A stretch of DNA of 64,000 nucleotides from Bacteroidia bacterium (GCA_046566705.1 JBKHWE010000024.1:10542-74541), one strand, 5' to 3'; counted from the first letter of the stretch, positions 45,646 to 56,486 are shown. The notes: generated from the letters alone by a model not told the origin. Program-made: numbers and translations.

Positions 45646-46867
45646 AGAAAGTATACTTAACCCCGCCCGTGAGCAGTGCGTTTTTAAAGTCATAGTGATT
45701 GGAAAAATCCCTGTTTGGCGTATAGTAAATCCCCACTGAGATTTTTTTGGTAACGCATACCCCAGCTCCAACAGTAAAAAACATACTCGCATCCGGCTTT
45801 ACATCAAGTGTACTTCCCTCCCCCTGAGGCCCATTAGAAACAAAGGTGTTATATTCCAGCTCCAGGGTACCGAAAGGTATGCCAACACCTACAGCTGCTT
45901 CAATAAAAATCCTGTCGGTACCGGAAAAGGCAAATGTTTGCCTTACGCCCATAGACAGGTCCACCTCTGTAATATCTGTTTTTAATTTATTGATTACCGT
46001 ATAGGAAGACCCCAGCTGGTGCTGCTCGCTGCCATCGCCGGAGATTTTGCCAACCTGCGCTCTACCAAAAATAGAAAATCCTGAATATTTTATTTTAAGG
46101 GCTGCTTCTCCTCCTACAAAAAAAGCGAGTCCGTTTGCCTTTACATCTATATTACGACTCGGAAATGAAGTGCGTGAGGTAGTACTCCCCGCCCCTGCTA
46201 TAACAGAAAACACAAAACTTGTCGGTTTCTCCTTAATTTCTTCGGCTATTACGGTTTCAAAACCGGTGCAACGGTTATAGTCCTGAAATACTTCTATAAG
46301 TGCCTGCCTGTTGTACCCCAGGTTTGCATATTTACTGTTCCTGTCGTCAGGGCACAGCACATCTATAGCCAGCTGCTGTTTAAAAAAGCTATTCTCGGCA
46401 ACGGTAGCAGCCTGGTAGTTATACTTCTTGTAGATGAGTTGCTTTATTTTATTACCCTTATCGGCTACTTTGTAAAAATAGCGGTAGTTAGAGCCGTCCT
46501 CATAGAGGTATAACGAAGCATTGCTTTGCAGCAACACCTCCAGGAATACGGTTCTTTTCTCCAGTACAGGCTCTTTACCGCCAGATACCGCTGCCGCACT
46601 GCCCCCGGTAATATCCAGCTCTACATCGGCTTTGATAAATTTACGCCCGTCGGCACCGTACTCTGAAGTTACTTCGGGCTGTAGCGGTACATACGCATCG
46701 TTTTCTGTTTTGCGGAATTCCAGCCTTTTAATATCGCTGTAGTTTGTTTTGCGGAAAAGGACTTCTACACGCTGGCCGCCTATGCCTATATAATACCCCT
46801 TTACATCCTGGGCAAAAACATAAGACATGGCAAAAAACAGCGCGAATGCCATTACATACTTTTTCAT
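45644..46867 (-). CDS. hypothetical outer-membrane protein
   Basis: 407 aa with a signal peptide. The C-terminal half is beta-barrel-like and ends in YTF. Confidence 0.5.
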   Translation of the reverse strand: MKKYVMAFALFFAMSYVFAQDVKGYYIGIGGQRVEVLFRKTNYSDIKRLEFRKTENDAYVPLQPEVTSEYGADGRKFIKADVELDITGGSAAAVSGGKEPVLEKRTVFLEVLLQSNASLYLYEDGSNYRYFYKVADKGNKIKQLIYKKYNYQAATVAENSFFKQQLAIDVLCPDDRNSKYANLGYNRQALIEVFQDYNRCTGFETVIAEEIKEKPTSFVFSVIAGAGSTTSRTSFPSRNIDVKANGLAFFVGGEAALKIKYSGFSIFGRAQVGKISGDGSEQHQLGSSYTVINKLKTDITEVDLSMGVRQTFAFSGTDRIFIEAAVGVGIPFGTLELEYNTFVSNGPQGEGSTLDVKPDASMFFTVGAGVCVTKKISVGIYYTPNRDFSNHYDFKNALLTGGVKYTF

Positions 46868-46995
46868 ACTTGGTTGGTTTTATACGTTGCCGCTAATATA
46901 TTAAGATTTTTTTACAACGTAAAATCGCACAAACGTCTTTAAGAAAAGTATACTAATAGTATGCTCCTTGTATTAGCGCCCTTTTATGCATCCAT

Positions 46996-47020
46996 AAAAA
47001 AACCGCGGTAGTACCGCGGC
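46996..47020 (-). terminator. intrinsic terminator of ftsY
   Basis: On the minus strand, a CCGCGG-loop-CCGCGG stem is followed by T7. Confidence 0.7.
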
Positions 47021-47029
47021 TCTTATATT

Positions 47030-47983
47030 TTATTTAAAGAAAGAATCTACAAACTCATACTTATTAAATACCTGGAGGTCTTCTATGCCTTCGCCTACCC
47101 CTATGTATTTAACCGGTATTTTAAACTGGTCCGATATCCCTATAACCACACCGCCTTTTGCAGTACCATCAAGTTTGGTTACCGCAAGGCTGGTTACTTC
47201 TGTTGCGGCGGTAAACTGCTTGGCCTGTTCAAAGGCATTCTGCCCGGTAGAACCATCCAGCACCAGCAGCACATCGTGCGGGGCATCGTCTATAACCTTT
47301 TGCATTACGCGCTTAACTTTGGTAAGCTCGTTCATAAGGTTAATCTTGTTATGCAGGCGGCCGGCAGTATCTATAATCACTACATCGGCGCCCTGTTTTA
47401 CGGCGCTCTGTACAGTATCAAACGCTACCGAAGCCGGGTCACTGCCCATTTGCTGGCGCACTATAGGTATCCCTACCCTGTCGGCCCATATTTGCAGCTG
47501 GTCTATAGCCGCCGCCCTAAAGGTATCGGCAGCACCAAGCACTACGTTATGCCCTGCTTTTTTAAACTGGTAGGCAAGCTTACCTATGGTAGTGGTTTTA
47601 CCCACACCATTTACCCCCACCACCATAAGTACATACGGCTTTTTATCGGCCGGGATTTCAAATTCGGCAGCATCGCCCGAATTGGTTTCGCTAAGCAGGC
47701 TGGCTATTTCTTCGCGCAATATATCGTTAAGCTCGTCTGTACCCAGGTACTTGTCTTTAGATACGCGTTCTTCTATACGCTCTATGATTTTAAGGGTGGT
47801 TTCTACCCCTACATCAGAACTTACTAATACCTCCTCCAGATTATCCAGTACCTCATCATCTACCTTACTTTTTCCGGCTACGGCCTTAGAGAGTTTAGAG
47901 AAAAAAGAGGTTTTGGTTTTTTCAAGACCTTTATCAAGAGTTTCCTTCTTTTCCGAAGAAAATATTTTTTTAAAGAAATTCAT
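47030..47983 (-). CDS. ftsY: signal recognition particle receptor FtsY
   Basis: SRP GTPase motifs GVNGVGKTTTIGKLA, DTAGRL and TKLDG are present. Confidence 0.93.
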   Translation of the reverse strand: MNFFKKIFSSEKKETLDKGLEKTKTSFFSKLSKAVAGKSKVDDEVLDNLEEVLVSSDVGVETTLKIIERIEERVSKDKYLGTDELNDILREEIASLLSETNSGDAAEFEIPADKKPYVLMVVGVNGVGKTTTIGKLAYQFKKAGHNVVLGAADTFRAAAIDQLQIWADRVGIPIVRQQMGSDPASVAFDTVQSAVKQGADVVIIDTAGRLHNKINLMNELTKVKRVMQKVIDDAPHDVLLVLDGSTGQNAFEQAKQFTAATEVTSLAVTKLDGTAKGGVVIGISDQFKIPVKYIGVGEGIEDLQVFNKYEFVDSFFK

Positions 47984-48025
47984 AGGTTATGTTACTTCGT
48001 CTTTGTTTTCAGAGGGTAAAGATAG

Positions 48026-48065
48026 AAAATAAAAAAGCTACTTTCTTTATGCGAAAGTAGCTTTT
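48026..48065 (-). terminator. intrinsic terminator after the rpmB-rpmG-DUF4295 unit
   Basis: A 13-bp stem AAAAGCTACTTTC/GAAAGTAGCTTTT is followed on the minus strand by a T-rich tail. Confidence 0.7.
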
Positions 48066-48086
48066 CTATATATTGTTTACGGATAA

Positions 48087-48239
48087 TTATTTCTTCTTAA
48101 GAAACGTATCCACTTCTTCAGGATTCATTACTGCCTCAACGAATGTGTAAGCACCGGTTTTAGGTGACTTAACCATCTTGATAGCTTTTGTTAACCTCTT
48201 TGAAGCTGTCTGTAGCGATGCAACGGTTTTCTTTGCCAT
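48087..48239 (-). CDS. DUF4295 small protein (50 aa, MAKKTVASLQTASKRLTKAIKMVKSPKTGAYTFVEAVMNPEEVDTFLKKK)
   Basis: Hand-translated and absent from the ORF track. It lies directly after rpmG, as is usual in Bacteroidota. Confidence 0.7.
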   Translation of the reverse strand: MAKKTVASLQTASKRLTKAIKMVKSPKTGAYTFVEAVMNPEEVDTFLKKK

Positions 48240-48252
48240 GATTCAATCAGGA

Positions 48253-48435
48253 TTATTTTATTTCTTTATGAACAGTTACCCTCTTAAGTACCGGATTGAA
48301 TTTTTTGATTTCAAGCCTGTCCGGAGTGTTCTTTTTGTTTTTTGTTGTAATGTACCTTGAAGTTCCTGCAACACCAGAAGCTTTGTGCTCAGTACATTCC
48401 AGGATTACCTGGATTCTGTTACCTTTCTTTGCCAT
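48253..48435 (-). CDS. rpmG: 50S ribosomal protein L33
   Basis: 60 aa, [17 protein letters not shown]... Confidence 0.95.
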   Translation of the reverse strand: MAKKGNRIQVILECTEHKASGVAGTSRYITTKNKKNTPDRLEIKKFNPVLKRVTVHKEIK

Positions 48436-48470
48436 CGTATAATATATTTAGAGGTGTTAGCCGGGATTAA

Positions 48471-48707
48471 TTATTTTATAAACCCGTTGGCTTTGGCCTC
48501 TTTAAGAACCGCGGCCAGACCATTTTTGTTAATTGTCTTGATAGTAGAAGCAGCTACCCTAAGAGTGATCCACCTGTCTTCTTCAGGAAGATAAAAACGC
48601 TTCTTAACTAAGTTAACGCTAAACTTGCGTTTAGTTTTATTCATCGCGTGGGAAACGTTATTTCCAACCATCGCTTTTTTACCGGTAAGGGCACAAACTC
48701 GTGACAT
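48471..48707 (-). CDS. rpmB: 50S ribosomal protein L28
   Basis: 78 aa, [29 protein letters not shown]. Confidence 0.95.
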   Translation of the reverse strand: MSRVCALTGKKAMVGNNVSHAMNKTKRKFSVNLVKKRFYLPEEDRWITLRVAASTIKTINKNGLAAVLKEAKANGFIK

Positions 48708-48786
48708 TATTTCTTGCTTTTATATCGTTATTCAAAATCAGGGTGCAAAGTAACAAAAAATAAAAGTATTAAGCAAACCCAATGTA

Positions 48787-50034
48787 TTAGTTTTTTAAAA
48801 TTTCCTTGTAAATTAATTCGAGTGCTTTCTCTGAGGCCCTTGCAATTACCTTTTCGCGGGGCTGCCCAAAGTTGAATTTTTCGCTATACACACCGTTTGG
48901 TGTAGCTATGCCTATAAACACTGTACCTACATCGGCATCGGCATCGCCTTTCGCCGGGCCGGCATTGCCTGTGGTAGAAATGGCGTAATCCGTACCGAAT
49001 ATTTTTTTGGCGCGCAGGGCCATGACCTCAGCCACCTTGGCACTTACCGCACTGTAAATGTCTATAAGTTGCTGTTCCACGCCCAGCACCCTTACCTTAC
49101 TCTCTGTAGCATAGGTTACGGCACTACCCTTAAAATACGCCGACGAACCCGGTATGCTTGTAAGGATATGCCCTATCATACCGCCGGTACAGCTTTCGGC
49201 AGCGGCTATGGTTTTACCCGCTGCCTTTAGTTTTTCGCCAAGCACCTGCTCCATGGTTTCACCCTCGTCCATACCCACTATAATATCGCCTATAATAGCC
49301 TGTAGCTTTACAGCTTCGGTTTCTATAGCTGCACGCAGCAGCATTTCATCTGTACCGCGGGCACTCAGCCTTAACCTTACCTTACCCGGGCTGGGCAGGT
49401 AGGCAAGTTTTACAAACCCGGGCAGGTTATTTTCCCAGGTTTCTATACGTTCGGCTACCAGGCTTTCCCCCTGGCCGTAGGTCATTATGGTTTTATGGAT
49501 AATGTACGGGCGCTCAAACGTGGTGATAAGCCTTGGCAGCACCTCATTCTCTATAAGATATTTCATTTCATACGGTACACCTGGCAGCGATATAAAAACC
49601 GTATCGGCCTTTTTCATCCACATGCCCGGAGCTGTACCCACCTCATTATGAAGCACTGTTGCCTTACTGGGCAGTAATGCCTGGTCGCGGTTCATTTGGC
49701 TTGCGGGGCGCTTCATGGCATTTTCTATAAGCTGCACCACATGGGCTTCCTCCACCTCATTTCGCACCAGGTGATCGTCAAAATATTCGCAGAATGTAAC
49801 CTTGGTAACATCGTCTTTGGTAGGCCCCAGCCCACCGGTAATAATAACCACCTCTACCCTGTTTTGCAGGTAGGCCATGGTATCCAGTATATGGCGGCGG
49901 TCATCGCTTACCGACAGCATTTCGTATACACCTATACCTATCTTATCTAGCGCTTTGGCTATATAAGCCGAATTGGTATCGGTTATCTGCCCAATGAGTA
50001 TTTCATCGCCTATGGTTACTACTGCCGCTTTCAT
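48787..50034 (-). CDS. cinA: CinA family protein (MoCF-binding domain + nicotinamide-nucleotide amidase)
   Basis: 415 aa. The N-terminus is [22 protein letters not shown] and the C-terminus carries a CinA/PncC domain (AAESCTGG). Confidence 0.88.
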   Translation of the reverse strand: MKAAVVTIGDEILIGQITDTNSAYIAKALDKIGIGVYEMLSVSDDRRHILDTMAYLQNRVEVVIITGGLGPTKDDVTKVTFCEYFDDHLVRNEVEEAHVVQLIENAMKRPASQMNRDQALLPSKATVLHNEVGTAPGMWMKKADTVFISLPGVPYEMKYLIENEVLPRLITTFERPYIIHKTIMTYGQGESLVAERIETWENNLPGFVKLAYLPSPGKVRLRLSARGTDEMLLRAAIETEAVKLQAIIGDIIVGMDEGETMEQVLGEKLKAAGKTIAAAESCTGGMIGHILTSIPGSSAYFKGSAVTYATESKVRVLGVEQQLIDIYSAVSAKVAEVMALRAKKIFGTDYAISTTGNAGPAKGDADADVGTVFIGIATPNGVYSEKFNFGQPREKVIARASEKALELIYKEILKN

Positions 50035-50040
50035 ACGCTG

Positions 50041-50385
50041 TTACAGGTTATAGTTTTTTTTCACCTCTTTAAGGGTATTGTCTACATGCTCGCGCAGGCT
50101 CTTTACCACATCTTTTATTTCCTTTCGCTTGCCTTCGGCCTTGCCCCATTTTTCTATGGCAAGCACATCTTCATACGCCAGCTGCATGCCCAGCAAATCA
50201 AGCGTGGGCTTTATTTTGTGCGCAGCCTGATACACCCTGTTGTGGTCTTTTTCTTCCAGCCCTTCGCGAATGTTTTTTATTTCCGCAGGCACCTCTTCGG
50301 TAAAAAGGGTTACTATCTGCTTTGCAAATTCCTCATCATTATCAGAAATCGCGTATACTTTAGACAAGTTATAATAAAGTGCCAT
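50041..50385 (-). CDS. Hpt (histidine phosphotransfer) domain protein
   Basis: 114 aa with the AAHKIKPTLDLLGM phospho-His motif. Confidence 0.7.
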   Translation of the reverse strand: MALYYNLSKVYAISDNDEEFAKQIVTLFTEEVPAEIKNIREGLEEKDHNRVYQAAHKIKPTLDLLGMQLAYEDVLAIEKWGKAEGKRKEIKDVVKSLREHVDNTLKEVKKNYNL

Positions 50386-50391
50386 AGCGTA

Positions 50392-51003
50392 TTACTTTAC
50401 GTTGACTTTAAACAGTTGTTTTCCTTCCAGGTAACCCTCCAGCACATCGCCTTCGGCTACAGGCCCCACACCTTCGGGCGTGCCTGTAAAGAGTACATCG
50501 CCTGTGCGCAGGGTTACATATTTACTTACCTCAGCTATGAGTTCGTTTACGTTCCAAATCATGTGCGAGGTACTGCTGTTCTGTACCGTTTCACCATTTT
50601 TGCGCAACTCAATACGCACATCGTCTACCGAATTAAAATCGTTCTTCGGCACAAATTCGCCCAATACCGCAGAGCCGTCAAATGCCTTGGCTTTTTCCCA
50701 AGGAAGGCCTTTAGACTTTAGCGCATCCTGAACGTCGCGGGCGGTAAAATCTATCCCTACGCTTATTTCGTCGTAATATTTATGGGCAAATTTAGCATCT
50801 ATGTATTTCCCCACCTTATTGATTTTCACAATCAACTCTATTTCGTAATGTACATCTTTAGAGAATTCAGGTATGGTAAACGGATAGCTTTTTTGCAGCA
50901 CGGCGGTATCGGGTTTCATAAACACCACCGGTTCGGCCGGACGCTCGTTTTGAAGTTCGGCAATATGGTTAACATAGTTCCTGCCTATGCAAATGATTTT
51001 CAT
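50392..51003 (-). CDS. fumarylacetoacetate hydrolase family protein
   Basis: 203 aa. Starts MKIICIGRNY and contains FAH-fold blocks (GDVLFTGTPEGVG). Confidence 0.85.
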   Translation of the reverse strand: MKIICIGRNYVNHIAELQNERPAEPVVFMKPDTAVLQKSYPFTIPEFSKDVHYEIELIVKINKVGKYIDAKFAHKYYDEISVGIDFTARDVQDALKSKGLPWEKAKAFDGSAVLGEFVPKNDFNSVDDVRIELRKNGETVQNSSTSHMIWNVNELIAEVSKYVTLRTGDVLFTGTPEGVGPVAEGDVLEGYLEGKQLFKVNVK

Positions 51004-51023
51004 GCTAATACAACTTGGATTGG

Positions 51024-51800
51024 TTAAGCTAATTTATTATTTAATTTCCTAAGCTTAATAGCTGTTAATACTTTTTTAGTATACAACGGGAAATCAGCGC
51101 TCTGAAACCAGCCGTAATAGCCCGGCTCCTGCCCCAGTACGGTTTCTACCCTTACGTTTTTAAATTTACCAAAGGTAAATATCTCCTGGCCTTCGTCATC
51201 AAGCGCTATGAAACCGGCAAAATCTACCGCTTTTTTACGCGTTGTAAATTCAGACAGGGCACGCATATCGTTTTCCAGGTCAGGATACCTGTCCAGTTGC
51301 GATTTTAATATCTCGTAGGTAGCATTAGTATCGGCAGCAGCGGTATGGGCGTTTTCAAGAATTTGCCCGCAGTAAAACTTATAGGCCGCGCTTAGGGTAC
51401 GCTCCTCTTTTTTATGGAAAATAGTCTGCACGTCTACCGACACACGGTTTTTCATATCAAAATCCACACCGGCACGAAGCAGCTCTTCGGCAAGCAACGG
51501 AATATCAAAACGGTCTGAATTGTATCCGGCAAGGTCGGCATCCTTAATCATGTTATACACCTGCGCCGACAGTTGCTTAAACGTAGGCTCATTAGCCACC
51601 TTATCATCGGTAATACCGTGAAACGTGGTAGTAATGGGCGGTATAGGCCTTTCGGGGTTTACCAGCCATGTACGGGTTTCCTTGTTACCATTAGGATATA
51701 CCTTAAGTATTGAGATTTCTACAATACGGTCTTTGGTAATATCGGTACCTGTTGTTTCAAGATCGAAAAAACAGATGGGGCGGTGTAGTTTCAGTTCCAT
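51024..51800 (-). CDS. 3'-5' exonuclease (DnaQ/epsilon-like)
   Basis: The FFDLETTG ExoI motif and the HTAAADT ExoIII motif are present. I chose the ATG at 51800. Confidence 0.8.
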   Translation of the reverse strand: MELKLHRPICFFDLETTGTDITKDRIVEISILKVYPNGNKETRTWLVNPERPIPPITTTFHGITDDKVANEPTFKQLSAQVYNMIKDADLAGYNSDRFDIPLLAEELLRAGVDFDMKNRVSVDVQTIFHKKEERTLSAAYKFYCGQILENAHTAAADTNATYEILKSQLDRYPDLENDMRALSEFTTRKKAVDFAGFIALDDEGQEIFTFGKFKNVRVETVLGQEPGYYGWFQSADFPLYTKKVLTAIKLRKLNNKLA

Positions 51801-51889
51801 CCAACTATGTATATATAGCAAATATAAGGCGACAAAATTATAAAAAGAATATTACCTACACTTTTCTAACCCCGTAAAAATGCAAAAAC

Positions 51890-52510
51890 TTAATTACATT
51901 CCCATACGTAGTTAGACGTTTCATAGGTACGCTGCTTATAATCAAAATGCCACCATTCGCTCTCAAAGGGCGTAAAACCGGCTTCAGTCATTATAGTACG
52001 CAACCTTTTACGGTTACGGCGAGCCTTTCGGGAAATGTCCTTATACGCATAATGTGAAATTTCTGAAAACTCATCAAACGCGCCACCCATATCCAGCAGT
52101 TCCCCGTCTTCATCCGCCAGCGAAATATCTACCGCCTGCCCCCGGTTGTGGTTACTACCCTTACCCGGCTTGGCTACATACAACGGATTGTTTACCAGCT
52201 CATACATCTTATACTGTATGGGATACGGACGGTAACAGTCGTATAAAACCAACCTATACCCTTTATGTAATGCCAACTGATACGCCTTTTCCAATGCCTC
52301 AGCCACTTCGGGCCGCAATAGGCAGCGTGCGCAAGGGTATACCTTTTCATGCATAAAGTTGGCCGTATCGGCATAGGCCATTTTATTCAGCGGACCCAAC
52401 GAATCAAACTGTACCTCAGCCCAGTCGTTGTTTAACTTGTGGGTTATGGTTGCGGGTTGAGCGAATGTGGTTAGGGTAATTATAAAAGTTATATAATTGA
52501 GTAGCTTCAT
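51890..52510 (-). CDS. M15 family D-alanyl-D-alanine dipeptidase (VanX-like)
   Basis: SNHNRGQAVDISL and WWHFDY motifs are present. A signal peptide starts at the ATG at 52510. Confidence 0.8.
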   Translation of the reverse strand: MKLLNYITFIITLTTFAQPATITHKLNNDWAEVQFDSLGPLNKMAYADTANFMHEKVYPCARCLLRPEVAEALEKAYQLALHKGYRLVLYDCYRPYPIQYKMYELVNNPLYVAKPGKGSNHNRGQAVDISLADEDGELLDMGGAFDEFSEISHYAYKDISRKARRNRKRLRTIMTEAGFTPFESEWWHFDYKQRTYETSNYVWECN

Positions 52511-52593
52511 GTAATGGGTTTGTGTAAATATAGGGGAAATTACTAAAAACAGGAAATCCCGCAAGTGCGGGATTATCGATATTTTTTTTCTTA

Positions 52594-55068
52594 CTACATT
52601 ATCTTTTTAACCAACGTCCTGCCATCTTGCAACTTTGCCTTTACTATAAGCACACTATCCGTAATATCAGTATATTTTAATGACACGGTATTATCATTAA
52701 TATTATCTGAATTAGCTATCAATTTACCCGAAAGGTCGTATATCACTACCGAAGATAGAGCTACATTAAGACATTCGACATCTATCGTATTATTTTTCTT
52801 CAGTACCATAAGCGAAGCTTTTACTTTAACCTCTGGAGAACTTGTTAGCAATGCAGCACCAGTACTGTTCATACGCATAATATTACTACGATGATTATTG
52901 TCATAACGACTAAATCTGCCACCAACTACTATCTTATCTTCCTGGTAATAAACGGCTTTTACAGAAGGAGCCCACTCATAAATTACATGTGTATCAAATG
53001 TTTCATCCAGCGTACCATCTGTGTTAAACCGCTTAAATGAGTACGTAAGCCCGTTACCTTTTATAAAAAACATCTTACCATCACCCTGAATAAAAGCTAA
53101 ACCTCCATAATCATCCGCAGATAATGTAAAATCAGTATCATAAATACCATTGGCATTCATCCTTCGATACAGTGTTGTAGGCACAATATTTTCACCATTA
53201 TAAATAAGTTGAGAAGTAATAAATTTCCCATTGTTGTCTGACATCAAAGTTCTTGTATTAGAATAATAATCCCCACCTATAAATGGGAAATTAACATCAA
53301 CACTTCCATCGCTATTAACTTTACCAATTTTACGGCCATTATCGGCTTGATCTAGACTTAAAAGCATTTTACCATCAGGTGAAATCTCTAAATATTCTAA
53401 AGGCAAATAACTACGAGTATAAAAACTTGAAGCTAACAAACGAAATCCCTGATCAAGCGTACCGTCAACATTAAAACGACACGCTAATAAACTTGAAGTT
53501 GAATTTTCATAAGCAATCTGAAATCCACCATATACCACTAATTTACCATCGGGTTGTAACTTACAACCGTTAACTAAATTATAGGGAGCAAAATAACTGG
53601 ACAGATCGTAACTCTCATCCAAACTACCGTCGGCGTTAAGGCGCGCAACTCTCGTACGATTAACACCATTGTACGACCCAAAATCACCATATATTATATA
53701 TTTACCATCGCTTTGACGTATGATACTTTTAATAACACCATTAGGCCCCTGCCCCTGATTAAACCCTTCTAACAATACGCCATTTTGATCTATCAGGGCA
53801 AGCTTATTTTGTGGCTGCCCGTTGTAGTGATTAAATAATCCTCCTACAAGCATATTTCCGTTACCTGCATCGGCTATAGCAGTAACAGGGTTATCAGCCC
53901 CGGTAGGTGATATGTGCCCTGTATAATTACGAGTACCATCATAATTTAATGATAATAGATAATTAACGGGACTACTATTATAATTTATCAACATCCCACC
54001 TATATATATATTATTAGCTGTAAGTGCTACACAAAATATTGTATCATCAGGTTCTGTAGCCGGCGCATCAAAACTGGTATCTACAGTACCATCACCATTA
54101 AATCGTATTGCTCCTTTAGAAAAATAGTCACCATAATTTGTAATCCAGCCTACAAAAATAATTTTACCATCAGGTTGAATTGCTAAGTCAGTCACGGCAC
54201 CAATAAATCCTGTTCCTATAGCAAAAGTAGTATCTTTTGCCCCATTGGCATTTATCCTCGCAACACCTCTATGAGTCTGAAAGTTTAATCTAGAAAATCT
54301 CCCTCCAATAACTATTTTGCCGTCTGGTTGTAAATCTATCGCTCTAATATCGAAATCTGTAAATACAGTAAGAAATGAAGTATCGCGAGAACCATCTGTA
54401 TTAACACGTACTAATTCTCCACCACCACTGCTAAAACCAGGTATAAGTATTTTACCATCTGCCTGTATAGCGATATCTATTACATAGTAATAATCTTCGG
54501 TAAGGTTGAAAGTAGCATCTAGCGTACCATCTGTGTTTAGCCTGATTACTTTTTTTACAGCAACATCATCATAAGTGGTAAATTCACCACAAAGTAAAAC
54601 TTTATCATCTGCCTGCACTTTCATTTCCCACACATAGTTGTCTAACACACCTCCGACAAACGAAGTATCCAGTGAGCCATCACTATTTAGGCGTATCACA
54701 TTACCAACCGGAATGTCATTGTACTGGGTAAAATCACCGGCAACCACTATTTTACCATCACTTTGTAAAACCGCAGCCGTTACTGTTTTGTTCAGGGCTG
54801 TTCCTACATTAAATGATGCATCTATGCTTTTATCAGGATTAATCCTTACAATATTATAGGAGTCTACATCATGGTATTTTTCAAAACCTCCGTAGATGAT
54901 AAGCTTACCATCAGGGCATACTATAAAATTATCTACGGGCCCGTCAGTTGTAGTACCTAAAGAATTATCTCCGGGGTTAAACGTAGGATCATTTGTACCC
55001 TCCTGGGCAGATAGAGCATAGGAAAACATGAAAAGCACAAATGCTTTCAATAAATGGTTGGTTTTCAT
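52594..55068 (-). CDS. delta-60 repeat protein with T9SS C-terminal sorting domain
   Basis: More than 10 repeats of the pattern DGK..VGG.F..Y......RLN.DG.LD..F are present. The C-terminal VVIYDLSGKLI...LVKKIM resembles the Por secretion tail. A signal peptide starts at 55068. Confidence 0.75.
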   Translation of the reverse strand: MKTNHLLKAFVLFMFSYALSAQEGTNDPTFNPGDNSLGTTTDGPVDNFIVCPDGKLIIYGGFEKYHDVDSYNIVRINPDKSIDASFNVGTALNKTVTAAVLQSDGKIVVAGDFTQYNDIPVGNVIRLNSDGSLDTSFVGGVLDNYVWEMKVQADDKVLLCGEFTTYDDVAVKKVIRLNTDGTLDATFNLTEDYYYVIDIAIQADGKILIPGFSSGGGELVRVNTDGSRDTSFLTVFTDFDIRAIDLQPDGKIVIGGRFSRLNFQTHRGVARINANGAKDTTFAIGTGFIGAVTDLAIQPDGKIIFVGWITNYGDYFSKGAIRFNGDGTVDTSFDAPATEPDDTIFCVALTANNIYIGGMLINYNSSPVNYLLSLNYDGTRNYTGHISPTGADNPVTAIADAGNGNMLVGGLFNHYNGQPQNKLALIDQNGVLLEGFNQGQGPNGVIKSIIRQSDGKYIIYGDFGSYNGVNRTRVARLNADGSLDESYDLSSYFAPYNLVNGCKLQPDGKLVVYGGFQIAYENSTSSLLACRFNVDGTLDQGFRLLASSFYTRSYLPLEYLEISPDGKMLLSLDQADNGRKIGKVNSDGSVDVNFPFIGGDYYSNTRTLMSDNNGKFITSQLIYNGENIVPTTLYRRMNANGIYDTDFTLSADDYGGLAFIQGDGKMFFIKGNGLTYSFKRFNTDGTLDETFDTHVIYEWAPSVKAVYYQEDKIVVGGRFSRYDNNHRSNIMRMNSTGAALLTSSPEVKVKASLMVLKKNNTIDVECLNVALSSVVIYDLSGKLIANSDNINDNTVSLKYTDITDSVLIVKAKLQDGRTLVKKIM

Positions 55069-55151
55069 AATAAGTGGTTGGTTTATTGATTTTCCAAAAA
55101 TATAAAAAAAGCCCCGCATCCGCGAGGCTTCTATATAAAAAATCTAAAATC

Positions 55152-56486
55152 TTAATAATCCCTGTTTACATCAAATGCTTCGAGGTATTCGGCAACGCGC
55201 TTAACGAATGAGCCGCCCAATGCACCATCTACCACACGGTGGTCGTAGCTGTGCGAAAGGAACATCTTTTGGCGGATGCCTATAAAGTCGCCCTCAGGGG
55301 TTTCTATAACTGCAGGTACTTTGCGTATGGCACCCAGGGCAAGGATACCCACCTGTGGCTGGTTAATGATAGGCGTACCAAACACACTGCCAAACGTACC
55401 CACGTTGGTTACCGTATAGGTACCACCTTGCGTATCGTCCGGTTTAAGTTTACCCGCCTTGGCACGGTTACCCAGGTCGTTAACGGCTTTTGCCATGCCA
55501 ACAAGGTTCAGCTGGTCGGCATTCTTGATTACCGGTACTATAAGGTTACCATTTGGCAGGGCAGCAGCCATACCCAGGTTAATGTTTTTCTTTTTAATGA
55601 TGTACTCGCCATCCACGCTTATGTTCATCATCGGGAAGTCTTTCAGCGCTTTGGCCACCGCTTCCATAAATATAGGCGTAAAGGTTAGTTTTTCGCCCTC
55701 GCGTTTTTCAAAGGCTGTTTTTACCTTATCGCGCCATTTTACAATATTGGTAACATCTACCTCAATGAACGACTGCACGTGAGCTGATGTTTGCACGCTC
55801 TGCACCATATAGCCCGAAATAAGCTTTCGCATGCGGTCCATCTCCACAATCTCATCACCACCATTTACTGAAACCGGAGCCGCTTTCGTAGATGGTTGCT
55901 GGTTGTTGGTTGTTGGGGCAACAGGTTTTGGAGCAACGGCCGAAGGCTGAGCGCTGATAGCTGACAGCTGACCGCTCTTACGCTTCTCTACATACTCCAA
56001 TATATCATTTTTGGTAACGCGGCCGTCTTTACCGGTACCGGCTATGTTTTCAAGTTCGGCAAGGCTTACACCTTCTTCCTTGGCAATGTTCTTAACCAGT
56101 GGCGAAAAGAATTTCTCAGAATCAGAATAATCAACCGGAGCCGATACCGTTTCCTTAACCGCGGCGATAGACTGCTCTATAACTTCGGCAGGTGTAGCAA
56201 CTTCAGGAGCTGTTTCGGCAACAGGGGCGGTAGTTACAGCACCACTTTCGGTTTCTATATAAGCAATTACCTGGCCTACCTGCACCACGTCATTTTCTTT
56301 AAATAATATCTCGGTCAGCACCCCAGATACTTCAGACGGCACTTCAGAATCCACTTTGTCAGTAGCAATTTCCAGCACGGCTTCGTCTGCGGCTATAGGG
56401 TCGCCTACTTTTTTAAGCCAATTTGTTATGGTTGCTTCGGCAACACTTTCGCCCATCTTGGGTAATGTAAGTTCAAACTTTGCCAT
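55152..56486 (-). CDS. 2-oxoacid dehydrogenase E2 (dihydrolipoamide acyltransferase)
   Basis: It has a lipoyl domain (EIATDKVDSEV), an E3-binding region and the catalytic SHSYDHRVVDG. Confidence 0.9.
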   Translation of the reverse strand: MAKFELTLPKMGESVAEATITNWLKKVGDPIAADEAVLEIATDKVDSEVPSEVSGVLTEILFKENDVVQVGQVIAYIETESGAVTTAPVAETAPEVATPAEVIEQSIAAVKETVSAPVDYSDSEKFFSPLVKNIAKEEGVSLAELENIAGTGKDGRVTKNDILEYVEKRKSGQLSAISAQPSAVAPKPVAPTTNNQQPSTKAAPVSVNGGDEIVEMDRMRKLISGYMVQSVQTSAHVQSFIEVDVTNIVKWRDKVKTAFEKREGEKLTFTPIFMEAVAKALKDFPMMNISVDGEYIIKKKNINLGMAAALPNGNLIVPVIKNADQLNLVGMAKAVNDLGNRAKAGKLKPDDTQGGTYTVTNVGTFGSVFGTPIINQPQVGILALGAIRKVPAVIETPEGDFIGIRQKMFLSHSYDHRVVDGALGGSFVKRVAEYLEAFDVNRDY

